Below are positions 1-8,868 of a stretch of 64,000 nt of DNA, piece after piece. Numbering within the stretch: the first letter of the stretch is position 1; the number at the start of each line of letters is the position of its first letter. The notes under the pieces are model-generated. The model was not told the origin of the DNA and ran no database searches. It saw nothing but the letters and a program-made list of their open reading frames with translations. The position numbers and the translations under genes are program-made. Source of the DNA: Actinomycetes bacterium (lineage in GTDB: Bacteria; Actinomycetota; Acidimicrobiia; Acidimicrobiales; RAAP-2); assembly GCA_021779855.1 (NCBI GenBank), contig JAJXZW010000005.1, positions 23,949 through 87,948 on the forward strand, written 5' to 3'.

Positions 1-51
1 AGCCGACGACCTCGGCGGAGGGGACTGGCGGGTCACGTTCCGGCCGGCGCC

Positions 52-423
52 ATGACCGACGAGGGAACCGGGCGTGGCCCCTCGAGCGAGAGGGACCAGG
101 CGGACCCCGGGGCGACGGACGTGATCGGCGTGGCCCGGGGCGCCCTCGGTGACGTCTACGACCCCGAGCTCGGCCTGGACCTCGTGACGCTCGGTCTCGT
201 CTACGACGTCCGGGAGGAAGCCGGCACGGTGTTCATCGAGATGACGCTCACGACCCCCGGCTGCCCGGCGGCGGAGAGCCTGCCCGAGATCGCCCGCGCC
301 GTCGTCGCCACCGCGCTCGCCGGCGCCGCCGCGGTGGAGGTCACGGTGGTGTGGGAGCCGCCGTGGAGCCCGACCATGATGAGCGAGAGAGCCCTCTCGG
401 CGCTGGGCTTGCACGTCAGGTGA
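52..423 (+). CDS. Metal-sulfur cluster biosynthesis protein (DUF59/SufT/PaaD-like)
   Basis: VYDPELGLDLVTLGLVY, MTLTTPGCP and VWEPPWSP motifs of the FeS_assembly_P/DUF59 family. Confidence 0.85.
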   Translation: MTDEGTGRGPSSERDQADPGATDVIGVARGALGDVYDPELGLDLVTLGLVYDVREEAGTVFIEMTLTTPGCPAAESLPEIARAVVATALAGAAAVEVTVVWEPPWSPTMMSERALSALGLHVR

Positions 424-439
424 CCCGCGGAGGACGGCG

Positions 440-811
440 ATGTCCCCGGTGCGCGTCGACGTGGTGCGGGTGTACGACGACCCTGGCCGCTCGGGCACCG
501 AGCACCGGGTGCTCGTCGATCGTCTGTGGCCACGGGGGATGAGCAAGGAGTCGGTCGACTTCGACGAGTGGGCGAGGGACGTCGCCCCGAGCACCGAGCT
601 GCGGCGCTGGTACGGGCACGAGCCCGAGCGCTTCAGGGAGTTCGCCCGCCGCTACCGGATCGAGCTCCGTGACGACCCCGCCGTCCCGGCGCTCGCCCGC
701 CTGCGTCAGGAGGCCCGCCGGCGCCGTCTCGTCCTCTTGACCGCGACCCGCGACGTCGATCACTCCGGCGCCGCGGTGCTCCGCTCGGTCCTGCAGCGCG
801 CCGAACGCTGA
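440..811 (+). CDS. DUF488 (YeaO-like) protein
   Basis: RVLVDRLWPRGMSKE, APSTELRRWYGH and F.EFARRY motifs. Confidence 0.88.
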   Translation: MSPVRVDVVRVYDDPGRSGTEHRVLVDRLWPRGMSKESVDFDEWARDVAPSTELRRWYGHEPERFREFARRYRIELRDDPAVPALARLRQEARRRRLVLLTATRDVDHSGAAVLRSVLQRAER

Positions 812-812
812 C

Positions 813-1799
813 GTGGGCACCCGGCGATTCACCCTCGAGCCGCCGGCCCCGTTCCGCCTCGACCTCACCGCGTGGGCACTGCGTCGGCGGCCCCACAACC
901 AGGTCGACTCCTGGGACGGCGAAACCTGGCGTCGGTCGCTACCGACCCGCGAGGGGACGGTGGGGCTCGCCGTGACCCAGGAGGGGTCGACGGGCGGCCC
1001 CCGGCTCGTGGTCCGGGTCACCCGATCTCGAGCCGCGCCCGATGAGTCGGTCCTCGAGGGGGCACGCCGGGTCGTCACCCGCGTCCTCGGGCTCGAGGCG
1101 GACCTGGGCGGCTTCTACGACCTCGCCCGGGGGGATCGGCGCCTCGACGACCTGGCGCAACGGTTCCTCGGCGTGCGGCCCCCGCGCTTTCCTAGCGTCT
1201 TCGAGACGCTCGTGAACGCGGTGGCGTGCCAGCAGCTCTCCCTCACCGTGGGGATCCACCTCTTGAACCGGCTGGCCACCCAGCTCGACCCGGCGGGTGA
1301 GACGACGCCGGCCCTCCCGACACCCGAGCGCCTGGCCGGCGCCGATCCCCACGAGCTGCGGGCCCTCGGCTTCAGCGGCGCGAAGGCAAGGACGCTCGTG
1401 ACCCTCGGGCAGAGGGTGAGTTCCGGCGAGGTTGACCTCGAGGCGCTCGGCAGCCTGGACGGCCGGACGGCCCGTGACGTCCTCGTCGGACTGCCGGGGA
1501 TCGGGCGCTGGAGTGCCGAGTACACGCTCCTGCGCGGCCTCGGCCGTCTCGACGTGCTGCCCGGGGACGACGTCGGCGCCCAGAACAACCTGCGCCGTCG
1601 CTTCGGGCTCGGCCCCGACGACGGCTACGACGCGGTGCTCGCGCTTTCGCGCGCCTGGTGGCCCTACGGCGGACTCGTCTACCTCCACCTCCTCCTCGAC
1701 CACCTGGCCGAGGAGGGGTGTGTCGAACCCTCCTCGTCCCACGAGCAGGAGAAGCCGGCCCCCGTCCCCGGCCCGCCACGACGTCACGGCGCGACCTGA
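813..1799 (+). CDS. alkA: DNA-3-methyladenine glycosylase II (AlkA family, no Ada domain)
   Basis: FETLVNAVACQQLS, HhH motif LPGIGRWSAEY, catalytic region DVLPGDDVG. Confidence 0.85.
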   Translation: MGTRRFTLEPPAPFRLDLTAWALRRRPHNQVDSWDGETWRRSLPTREGTVGLAVTQEGSTGGPRLVVRVTRSRAAPDESVLEGARRVVTRVLGLEADLGGFYDLARGDRRLDDLAQRFLGVRPPRFPSVFETLVNAVACQQLSLTVGIHLLNRLATQLDPAGETTPALPTPERLAGADPHELRALGFSGAKARTLVTLGQRVSSGEVDLEALGSLDGRTARDVLVGLPGIGRWSAEYTLLRGLGRLDVLPGDDVGAQNNLRRRFGLGPDDGYDAVLALSRAWWPYGGLVYLHLLLDHLAEEGCVEPSSSHEQEKPAPVPGPPRRHGAT

Positions 1800-2040
1800 G
1801 GACCGCGTTCCCTGGGCCACCCCGGACAGAGTCCGCGGCGGGCGATGACGGCCGCCACAGCACCCGCCCACGACGTGACCGTAATCTCCGATGGATGTCG
1901 CGGTGCACGAACGGGCCGCGGACTCTCTACCAATCCGTCGATAGGCTCCGACGAGCAACATCGTGGCCCGTTAGTTTCTGGAAAGAGGCGATGACGGCGG
2001 GGAGCCGCCGGAACGTCTCCAGGTGCGACCGGGGCGTGCT

Positions 2041-2222
2041 CCCTTCACCAGGCCCGGCGAGACCCTCCGCCTCGGCGGGACGAAGGCTCTCCGCAGCACA
2101 GCCCAAACGACGTGTGCCGGGTGGTGGCCGGGGTCACGGTCCACCAATCGCTCGACGCGGCGACGAGTCTCGCGCGCGAGGGCATCTCGGCTCGCGTGAT
2201 CGACGCGTACTCGGTGAATCCG
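2041..2222 (+). pseudogene. Decayed transketolase C-terminal domain fragment
   Basis: PFTRPGETLRLGGTKALRS, then a frame change near 2100 to SPNDVCRVVAGVTVHQSLDAATSLAREGISARVIDAYSVNP. This matches the GGSKVLRS...AGITVHEAL.AA..L..EGI.ARVIDLYSVKP pattern. No start or intact end. Confidence 0.65.
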
Positions 2223-2496
2223 CCCGCCTTGATCCCGACGCTCGCCATCCGTCGGCTCCCAACGGTGCGCCACGCGCCGCGGGTCCGGCGGGCAGGGCGC
2301 CAGCGGGCGCCGAGTACGGCCACTACATCTCGGCAGTGCACCTGCCGCACGTCTGCTGCCGGATCACCGGCGACGCCCACGCGACTTCGGGGACCCTTCG
2401 GCCGCCGTAGTCGGATCCTTCGACTCCGAGAAGTCCCGGGTCAGCGGTCACGTCCGAGTCCTGGAACCCGACGAGTGGAGTTCAGCGCCCGGCGTG

Positions 2497-3306
2497 TCAC
2501 CGAGGGGCGTTCGCTGGGCCCGTCTTCGGAGTCGGTCCAGCCCGGAAGCGGTTCAGCCAAACGTCGAATTCGGTCGCGACGATCCGCTCGCCGGTCAGCC
2601 CCTCCGCCTCAGCCGAGGCGAGGAACACGACGGGCGGCCCCATTATCTCCGGGGGTAGGAGCCCGCTCCTGGCCGCCTCGGGCAGCTCGTCGGGGATCAT
2701 GCCGGTGGCGGTGGCCCCTCCCGGCAGGAGGATGTTGACCGCCACCCCGTAGGGGCGCAGGTCCTCGGTCATGATGAGGCTGAGCGCCTCGGCACCGGCG
2801 CGCGACGGCCCGTAGGGCACGAAGCCGCGCCGGCGCATCGTCTCGTGGTTCATCGACACGTTGATCAAGCGGCCCCGTCCCCGAGAGACAAAGTGCGGGG
2901 CGAAAGCCTTGGCCACCAAGAAGTAGCCCGTGAGGTTCGTGGCGACCACGTCCGTGAAGCGGTCCTCGGGCACCTCGAAGAAGGGCCGGGGGTCCTCGAA
3001 GAAGCGCGGGTTGACCGTGCGCATGCCGATCCCGGCGTTGTTGACCACCACGTCGATCCCGCCCCATCGTCGGACCAGCTCGCCGACGGCCTCCGTGACC
3101 GACGACGGCTCTCGGACGTCCAGGGCGAGGGCCTCTGCCGCCAATCCGTTCCCGGTCCGGAGGGCGACCGCTTCGTCGAGCCTGGCGGTCGGACGGGCGG
3201 CCATCGCGACCGTCGCCCCCGCGCGCAGGAGGGCGTCCGCCATCGCCGCGCCGAGTCCGCTGGTGGCACCGGTGACCACGACCTTGACGCCAGCGAGGTC
3301 CGTCAC
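2497..3306 (-). CDS. SDR family oxidoreductase
   Basis: VTGATSGLG Rossmann motif, NNAG, YGPSR (YxxxK-like with Arg). Confidence 0.85.
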   Translation of the reverse strand: MTDLAGVKVVVTGATSGLGAAMADALLRAGATVAMAARPTARLDEAVALRTGNGLAAEALALDVREPSSVTEAVGELVRRWGGIDVVVNNAGIGMRTVNPRFFEDPRPFFEVPEDRFTDVVATNLTGYFLVAKAFAPHFVSRGRGRLINVSMNHETMRRRGFVPYGPSRAGAEALSLIMTEDLRPYGVAVNILLPGGATATGMIPDELPEAARSGLLPPEIMGPPVVFLASAEAEGLTGERIVATEFDVWLNRFRAGPTPKTGPANAPR

Positions 3307-3424
3307 CTTGTTATCCGCCTGCCTCGAAACTCGGTCATCGTCTCACCCACAGACCGCCCCGCTCCCGGGCGGGACACCAACCGGACCACGACCGCTGTCG
3401 ATCGGCCCACCTCCCCCGTGCTCG

Positions 3425-4309
3425 TCACAGCCGGGCGGGCTCGATGGCGGCCAGATCGCTCATGACGGGACCGAAGGTCTCTTCGAGCCACGAAGCCGGC
3501 CGGTCGCCCACGGGGCCGGTGACCAGAGTGGACACGCCGACACGGGCCAGGGCCTCGGCGCCGCGCAGCACCTCGTCCGCCCCGACTCCCGCCGGCAGGT
3601 CGCGGTAGCTGGCGGTCACCTCGATCTCGTTGGGATCCCTTCCCACCTCGTCGCAGTGCCGGCGCAAGACGTCGAGCTTGGCGGCGATCTCGTCCGGGCC
3701 GCCGAAGATGTTGCAGGCGTCGGCGTACCGGGCGACCAGGCGGAGGGTCTTGCGCTCGCCGCTGCCCCCGATGAGGATGCGGGGACGGGGCCGGCTGACG
3801 GGGAGCGGGCTGCACAGAGTCTCCGCGAGCTGGTAGTGGCGACCTTCGTAGGGCCCGTTGTCCTCGCCCCACATCTGCAGGCAGATCTCGATCGCCTCCT
3901 CGAGACGCTCGAAGCGCTCGCTCAGGGGCGGGAACGGGACTCCCAGACCCTCGTGCTCCCGCTCGTACCAGGCGGCGCCGATGCCGAGCTCGGCGCGACC
4001 CTGCGACAGGACGTCCAGCGTCGTGACGATCTTGGCCAACAGGCCGGGGTGGCGATAGGTGACGCCGGTGACCAGCAGGCGGAGTCGCAGGCGGTCCGTG
4101 GCTCCGGCCACGAAGCCGAGAGCCGTATAGCCCTCCAGCATCGGATCCTCGGCCGGGGCCATCCGGTCCATCTGGAAGTAGTGGTCCATGAAGGAGAGGG
4201 TGCGCACACCGATCGCCTCGGCCCGCCCGGCCAGGTCCCTCACACCCGGGCCGATTCCCGTGGGGCCGCCCGCCCAGTCGAAGCGGTGGACATGAAGATC
4301 TAGTTGCAT
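3425..4309 (-). CDS. LLM-class F420-dependent oxidoreductase
   Basis: MDHYFQM, LLVTGVTYRHPGLLAKIVTTLDVLSQGRAELGIGAAW, ILIGGSGERKTLRLVARYADACN. Confidence 0.88.
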   Translation of the reverse strand: MQLDLHVHRFDWAGGPTGIGPGVRDLAGRAEAIGVRTLSFMDHYFQMDRMAPAEDPMLEGYTALGFVAGATDRLRLRLLVTGVTYRHPGLLAKIVTTLDVLSQGRAELGIGAAWYEREHEGLGVPFPPLSERFERLEEAIEICLQMWGEDNGPYEGRHYQLAETLCSPLPVSRPRPRILIGGSGERKTLRLVARYADACNIFGGPDEIAAKLDVLRRHCDEVGRDPNEIEVTASYRDLPAGVGADEVLRGAEALARVGVSTLVTGPVGDRPASWLEETFGPVMSDLAAIEPARL

Positions 4310-4921
4310 CGCGCCCCTCTACTCCCACCTGTCTGCGTAGCCGATTGGCCAAGCGCAAGGGGAGCGTATAGCCTCCGCCCGGCGACGCGACGAGGCCCGT
4401 TCGCCGCACTTGGGGGACGGGGCCGACGGACTTCTCTACGGCCCGGCAGCGACCTCCGTCGGCACCCTCGGTTCCGACGCCGTCGGCGACGGCGCGGGCC
4501 GTCGCGTACTGCCCCTTGCGCTCAGTGGCTCCCGATCATCCCCGTGAGCCTCTCCACCGATTCCTCGCTCTGGTGGAGGGCGGCGCGCGGGTCGACCGGT
4601 TCGCCGCCTCGGCGCGAGGGCCGACGTCGGGCGCCCCGACGACACCGCCCGGCCCGCAGGGCCGTTCGCCCGTCACGCGCACGGTGTCGCGCACCCCCGG
4701 GCATCGGGGACAGTGATTTCCGCCCGCCCGGAGCCCGGGCCCCCGGGCGTTCTTCATCGTCGCGGGTCCGGTCGGGATGTCGGGAGGAGTGGGGACGGAC
4801 CCGACGTCGGCGCCCCTCGACTGCGGGGTCGCGCCTCGAACCTGGAGTGCCTTCGCCGCGTCCTCGGAGATCGAGAACCGGGCCGCCGTCCCGTTGACGT
4901 CCGAGCGGCCCCGCTAACGGG

Positions 4922-4994
4922 TGGAGGTGATGGGATTCGAACCCACTGCCTCTACATTGCGAACGTAGCGCTCTACCAATTGAGCTACACCCCC
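4922..4994 (-). tRNA. tRNA-Ala(CGC)
   Basis: Minus strand GGGGGTG TAGCTCAATTGGTAGAGC ... CTACG TT CGC AA TGTAG ... GTGGG TTCGAAT CCCAT CACCTCC A. The acceptor stem pairs; CCA is not encoded (CCC follows). Confidence 0.97.
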
Positions 4995-5009
4995 GCTGAG
5001 GGGGCCATC

Positions 5010-5849
5010 CTACCCGAAGGCGCGCCGGGCCCCGTACGGGACGGAGCGTGAGGGGATCTCGGCCCACTCGTCGCGCTCGTCCCACTGCTCGTCCCACCGG
5101 TCCCACCCGTCGGACGCGGCCACCGGCTCGTCCTCGTAGGGCTCGGGCGCGTAGGCGACCGGGGCCGGGTACTCGCGCCGCGACCGGCCCCGCGAGACCG
5201 AGAGGTACCCCTGGCTCACGGCGAACAGCGCGAGCGCGACGTAGGCGACGACGAGGAACCAGGCCAGGTAGGCGAGATCGGCGACGAGCGAGACCGAGGT
5301 CACCAAGGCCAGCGCGCTGAAGAACACCGCCGAGCCGACGAGGCCCACCGTGATGCGCCGGCGCTGGATGCGGGTCGAGGTCCGCCGCCGCGGTGGCTCG
5401 TCGTGGGCGAGTGACGCCGGGGTGGGGAGCGAAGAGTAGGCGCGCGCGTAGGGGCTCGCGCTCGTCGGGCGAGACCCGCGACTCGGACGCGGCGCGACGG
5501 AGCGGCCGACCGCGGCGCCCTCGTCGCGATCGAAGTCGTAGTCCTCGCTCCACTCCTCCCACGAGCCGCGCGACTCCAGTGAGCGGTACGTGTCGTCGGG
5601 GTGAACGAGGGTGAGGCGGGGCCGTCGCGGCGCGTACGCGCTCGGCCCGCCCGTCGCGGCCGCGGCCGCGGGCTCCTCGTACTCGTCGAGCCGGTGCGCG
5701 GGCGCGACCGCGTAGCCCTGGCGACTGAGGATCTCGTGCTCGGCGTGGAAGCTCTCGATCGAGCGCTCGGAGCGCACCTCGCGGACCTTGCGCACGACGA
5801 TCGGGGTCAGCAGCGCCAGCCAGAGGAGGGCGAGGAAGATCAGCAGCAC
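5010..5849 (-). CDS. Membrane protein, possibly GlpR/SepX-like divisome-associated
   Basis: N-terminal TM helix, low-complexity charged middle, two further TM helices. Position next to tRNA-Ala resembles actinobacterial glpR (inference). Confidence 0.6.
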   Translation of the reverse strand: MLLIFLALLWLALLTPIVVRKVREVRSERSIESFHAEHEILSRQGYAVAPAHRLDEYEEPAAAAATGGPSAYAPRRPRLTLVHPDDTYRSLESRGSWEEWSEDYDFDRDEGAAVGRSVAPRPSRGSRPTSASPYARAYSSLPTPASLAHDEPPRRRTSTRIQRRRITVGLVGSAVFFSALALVTSVSLVADLAYLAWFLVVAYVALALFAVSQGYLSVSRGRSRREYPAPVAYAPEPYEDEPVAASDGWDRWDEQWDERDEWAEIPSRSVPYGARRAFG

Positions 5850-5922
5850 GAGCGTCGCCTCATCCTCCGGTCCGCCGACATTGCGCCAAATGTACCGGTG
5901 GGACCGGGAAAACTGGTGGATA

Positions 5923-6600
5923 TCAGGCCTCGTGGAGGCCGCACTCGTCCTTGTCGAGCCCGACCCAGCGACCCGATCGGCGACCCTCGCCGGGTCGGGG
6001 GCGCTGGGTCATCGCGGCGCACCCGATCGACCCGTAGCCCTCGGCCCAGAGGGGGTGCGCGGGCAGGTCGTGGCTCGCGAGGTAGTAGGCGACGTCGTCG
6101 TCGGTCCACGTCGCGAGGGGGTTCACCTTCACGAGGGAGAAGCGTCGGTCCCAGCTGACGACCGGGGCGGCGTCGCGCGTGGGCGCGTCGACCCTCTTCA
6201 GGGAGGTGATCCAGGCGGTGCGCCCGGACAGGACCCGCGTGAGGGGCTCGACCTTTCGCAGCTCGCAACACCGAGCGGTGCCGCAGGGCCACGCCTCGGC
6301 CTCGGACGGCGGCGTCGTGCGCGTCACTCGGAGCGACCACTCCCGCTCCAGGCGGTCGACGAACTCCAGGGTCTCGGCGAAGTGGCCGCCGGTGTCGAGG
6401 AAGACCACCTCGACCGAGGGCCGGATCGACCGGGCCATGTGCAGCAGGGCCACGTCCTCGAAGGAGCACGCGAGCACGGCCCCCGAGCCGAAGCGGCGGA
6501 ACGCCCAGCCCAGGACGGCGAGCGGGGGAGCGGTCTCGAGGCGCGCGTCCTCGCGCCCCAGCTCCTCGAGGAGGGCCTCGTCGGGCGCGTACGCGGACAT
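5923..6600 (-). CDS. cysH: APS/PAPS reductase
   Basis: VFLDTGGHFAETL, RCCELRKVEPL, KVNPLATW, GYGSIGC, C-terminal ECGLH. Confidence 0.92.
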   Translation of the reverse strand: MSAYAPDEALLEELGREDARLETAPPLAVLGWAFRRFGSGAVLACSFEDVALLHMARSIRPSVEVVFLDTGGHFAETLEFVDRLEREWSLRVTRTTPPSEAEAWPCGTARCCELRKVEPLTRVLSGRTAWITSLKRVDAPTRDAAPVVSWDRRFSLVKVNPLATWTDDDVAYYLASHDLPAHPLWAEGYGSIGCAAMTQRPRPGEGRRSGRWVGLDKDECGLHEA

Positions 6601-6624
6601 GGGAGCTAATGCCTAACTTTCTCT

Positions 6625-6645
6625 AGTGTATTTGTAGAATACACT
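6625..6645. promoter_or_regulatory. Inverted-repeat operator between divergent cysH and cysD
   Basis: AGTGTATT-N5-AATACACT, a perfect 8-bp IR in the A/T-rich 57-bp intergenic gap. Confidence 0.7.
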
Positions 6646-6657
6646 GGTGGACAGCCC

Positions 6658-7584
6658 ATGACTGCGCTCGTCCCCCCTCCCACAGCCCCCGGACTCGACC
6701 ACCTCGACGCCCTGGAGTCCCACGCCCTGTTCATCCTGCGCGAGGTCGTCGCCGAGTGCGAGCGGCCGGTCCTTCTTTTCTCGGGGGGCAAGGACTCGGC
6801 CGTCCTGTTGCACCTCGCGGCCAAGGCCTTCGCCCCCCAGGGTCTGCCCTTCCCGGTGCTGCACGTCGACACCGGCCACAACTTCCCCGAGGTCCTCGAC
6901 TTCCGGGACCGCGCGGCCGCGCGCCTGGGGGCGCGCCTCCTCGTGGCGCGGGTCCAGGACTCGATCGACCGCGGTCGCGTCGCCAATCCCGGGGCCCTCG
7001 CCTCGCGGAACCGCCTCCAGTCGGTCACCCTGCTCGACGCGATCGCCGAGCACGGCTTCGACGCTGCCTTCGGCGGGGCCCGGCGCGACGAGGACAAGGC
7101 CCGGGCCAAGGAGCGCATCCTGAGCTTCCGCGACGAGTTCGGCCAGTGGGACCCGCGCCGCCAGCGGCCGGAGCTCTGGCGCCTCTACCAGGGCCGGGTC
7201 AACCCCGGCGAGCACGTGCGCGCCTTCCCCCTGTCGGACTGGACCGAGCTCGACGTCTGGCAGTACATAGCGCGCGAGCGGCTCGACCTGCCGTCGATCT
7301 ACTTCGCCCACGAGCGGCCCGTGGTCCGGCGCGACGGCATGTGGCTCGCGGTCGGGGAGTTCGTCCAGCCCCGCGACGCAGAGCGCGTCGAGGTGCGCGA
7401 GGTGCGCTTTCGCACCGTGGGCGACGCCACCGGGACCGGCGCGGTGCTCTCGGGGGCGCGCACCCTCGAGGAGGTCGTCGCCGAGGTGGCCGCCGCCACC
7501 GTCTCGGAGCGCGGCGCCACCCGCGGCGACGACCGGTTCTCCGAGACCTCGATGGAGGACCGCAAGCGCGAGGGCTACTTCTAG
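6658..7584 (+). CDS. cysD: Sulfate adenylyltransferase subunit 2
   Basis: LFSGGKDS, HVDTGHNFPEV, GARRDEDKARAKER, RFRTVGD, MEDRKREGYF. Confidence 0.96.
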   Translation: MTALVPPPTAPGLDHLDALESHALFILREVVAECERPVLLFSGGKDSAVLLHLAAKAFAPQGLPFPVLHVDTGHNFPEVLDFRDRAAARLGARLLVARVQDSIDRGRVANPGALASRNRLQSVTLLDAIAEHGFDAAFGGARRDEDKARAKERILSFRDEFGQWDPRRQRPELWRLYQGRVNPGEHVRAFPLSDWTELDVWQYIARERLDLPSIYFAHERPVVRRDGMWLAVGEFVQPRDAERVEVREVRFRTVGDATGTGAVLSGARTLEEVVAEVAAATVSERGATRGDDRFSETSMEDRKREGYF

Positions 7585-8853
7585 ATGCCCGTCGCCACCA
7601 AGGACGTGCTGCACCTGGCCACCGTCGGCTCGGTCGACGACGGCAAGTCCACCCTCATCGGCCGGCTCCTCGTCGACACCCGCCTGGTCGCCGACGACCA
7701 GCTCGACGCCGTGGCCGCGGCCTCCGAGCGGCGCGGGGTGGGCGACCTCGACCTCAGCTTCGTCACCGACGGCCTGCGGGCCGAGCGCGAGCAGGGCATC
7801 ACCATCGACGTCGCCTACCGCTACGCGACGACGCCCACGCGCAAGCTGGTGATCGCCGACTGCCCGGGACACGTCCAGTACACGCGCAACATGGCCACGG
7901 GCTCCTCGACGGCCGACCTGGCCCTGGTGGCGGTCGACGTGGCGGCCGGGCTGAAGGAGCAGACCCGACGCCACCTCGTGATCGCCGCCCTGCTGGGGGT
8001 GCGGGCCCTCGTCGTCGCGGTGAACAAGATGGACACGGTCGAGTGGTCGCGGGCCGCCTACGAGCGGGTCGTCACCGAGGTCCGGGCCCTCGCCCGGGTG
8101 CTGGGCGCCGCCTCCGTGGTGGCCGTGCCGGTGTCGGCCCTCTACGGCGACAACGTCGTCGAGCGCTCCGCGCGGGCCCCGTGGTACGGGGGCCCGACCG
8201 TGCTCGAGGCCCTCGAGGCGAGCGACGCGGGCGCCTGGGAGCGCAGCTGCGGCTCGCGCCTGCCGATCCAGTGGGTCCTGCGCCAGCCGGGCGGCGGGCG
8301 CACCTACGCCGGGCTCGTCGCGGGCGAGGCGCTGCGCGTCGGCGACGCCGTGACCCTCCTGCCGGCCGGGATCGAGACGTCGATCCGCTCCATCCGCTTC
8401 GGGGGGCGGTCCCTCGACGAGGCCGCCGTGGGGATCGCGGCGGACGTGGAGCTCGACGACGAGACCGACGCGGGTCGCGGCGACCTCATCGCGACGGCCC
8501 CGCTGCCCCGGGTGACCCGCGAGCTTGAGGCGACGGTCTGCTGGTTCGGCGACGACCCCCTCGAGCTCACCGGGCGCCGGCTGCGCCTCAAGCACACCAG
8601 CCGCACCACCCCGGTCAGGGTCCGCGCGATCGAGGGGCGCCTCGACGTGGGCTCCCTCGAGGTCGCCGACGCCGACGCGCTGGCGACCAACGAGATCGGC
8701 TTCGTCACCCTCGCCACGGCCGAGCCGCTCGTCGTCGACGACTACCGCGAGGACCGGGTGACCGGTAGCTTCGTGCTGGTCGACGAGACCTCCCACGCCA
8801 CCGTCGCCGCCGGCATGGTCGGCCGACCCCCGTTCGCGACGGCCCGTCGGTAG
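7585..8853 (+). CDS. cysN: Sulfate adenylyltransferase subunit 1 (GTPase, no CysC fusion)
   Basis: GSVDDGKSTLIGRLL, GLRAEREQGITIDVAYRY, DCPGHVQYTRNMATG, NKMD; abuts cysD. Confidence 0.95.
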   Translation: MPVATKDVLHLATVGSVDDGKSTLIGRLLVDTRLVADDQLDAVAAASERRGVGDLDLSFVTDGLRAEREQGITIDVAYRYATTPTRKLVIADCPGHVQYTRNMATGSSTADLALVAVDVAAGLKEQTRRHLVIAALLGVRALVVAVNKMDTVEWSRAAYERVVTEVRALARVLGAASVVAVPVSALYGDNVVERSARAPWYGGPTVLEALEASDAGAWERSCGSRLPIQWVLRQPGGGRTYAGLVAGEALRVGDAVTLLPAGIETSIRSIRFGGRSLDEAAVGIAADVELDDETDAGRGDLIATAPLPRVTRELEATVCWFGDDPLELTGRRLRLKHTSRTTPVRVRAIEGRLDVGSLEVADADALATNEIGFVTLATAEPLVVDDYREDRVTGSFVLVDETSHATVAAGMVGRPPFATARR

Positions 8854-8868
8854 TAGCGTCGCTCCCCG

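Noticed and set aside
4310-4921. Short ORFs and repeated CCGACGTCGG(G)CGCCCC between LLM and tRNA-Ala
   Set aside because: No recognisable protein family; the repeat is short and GC-only
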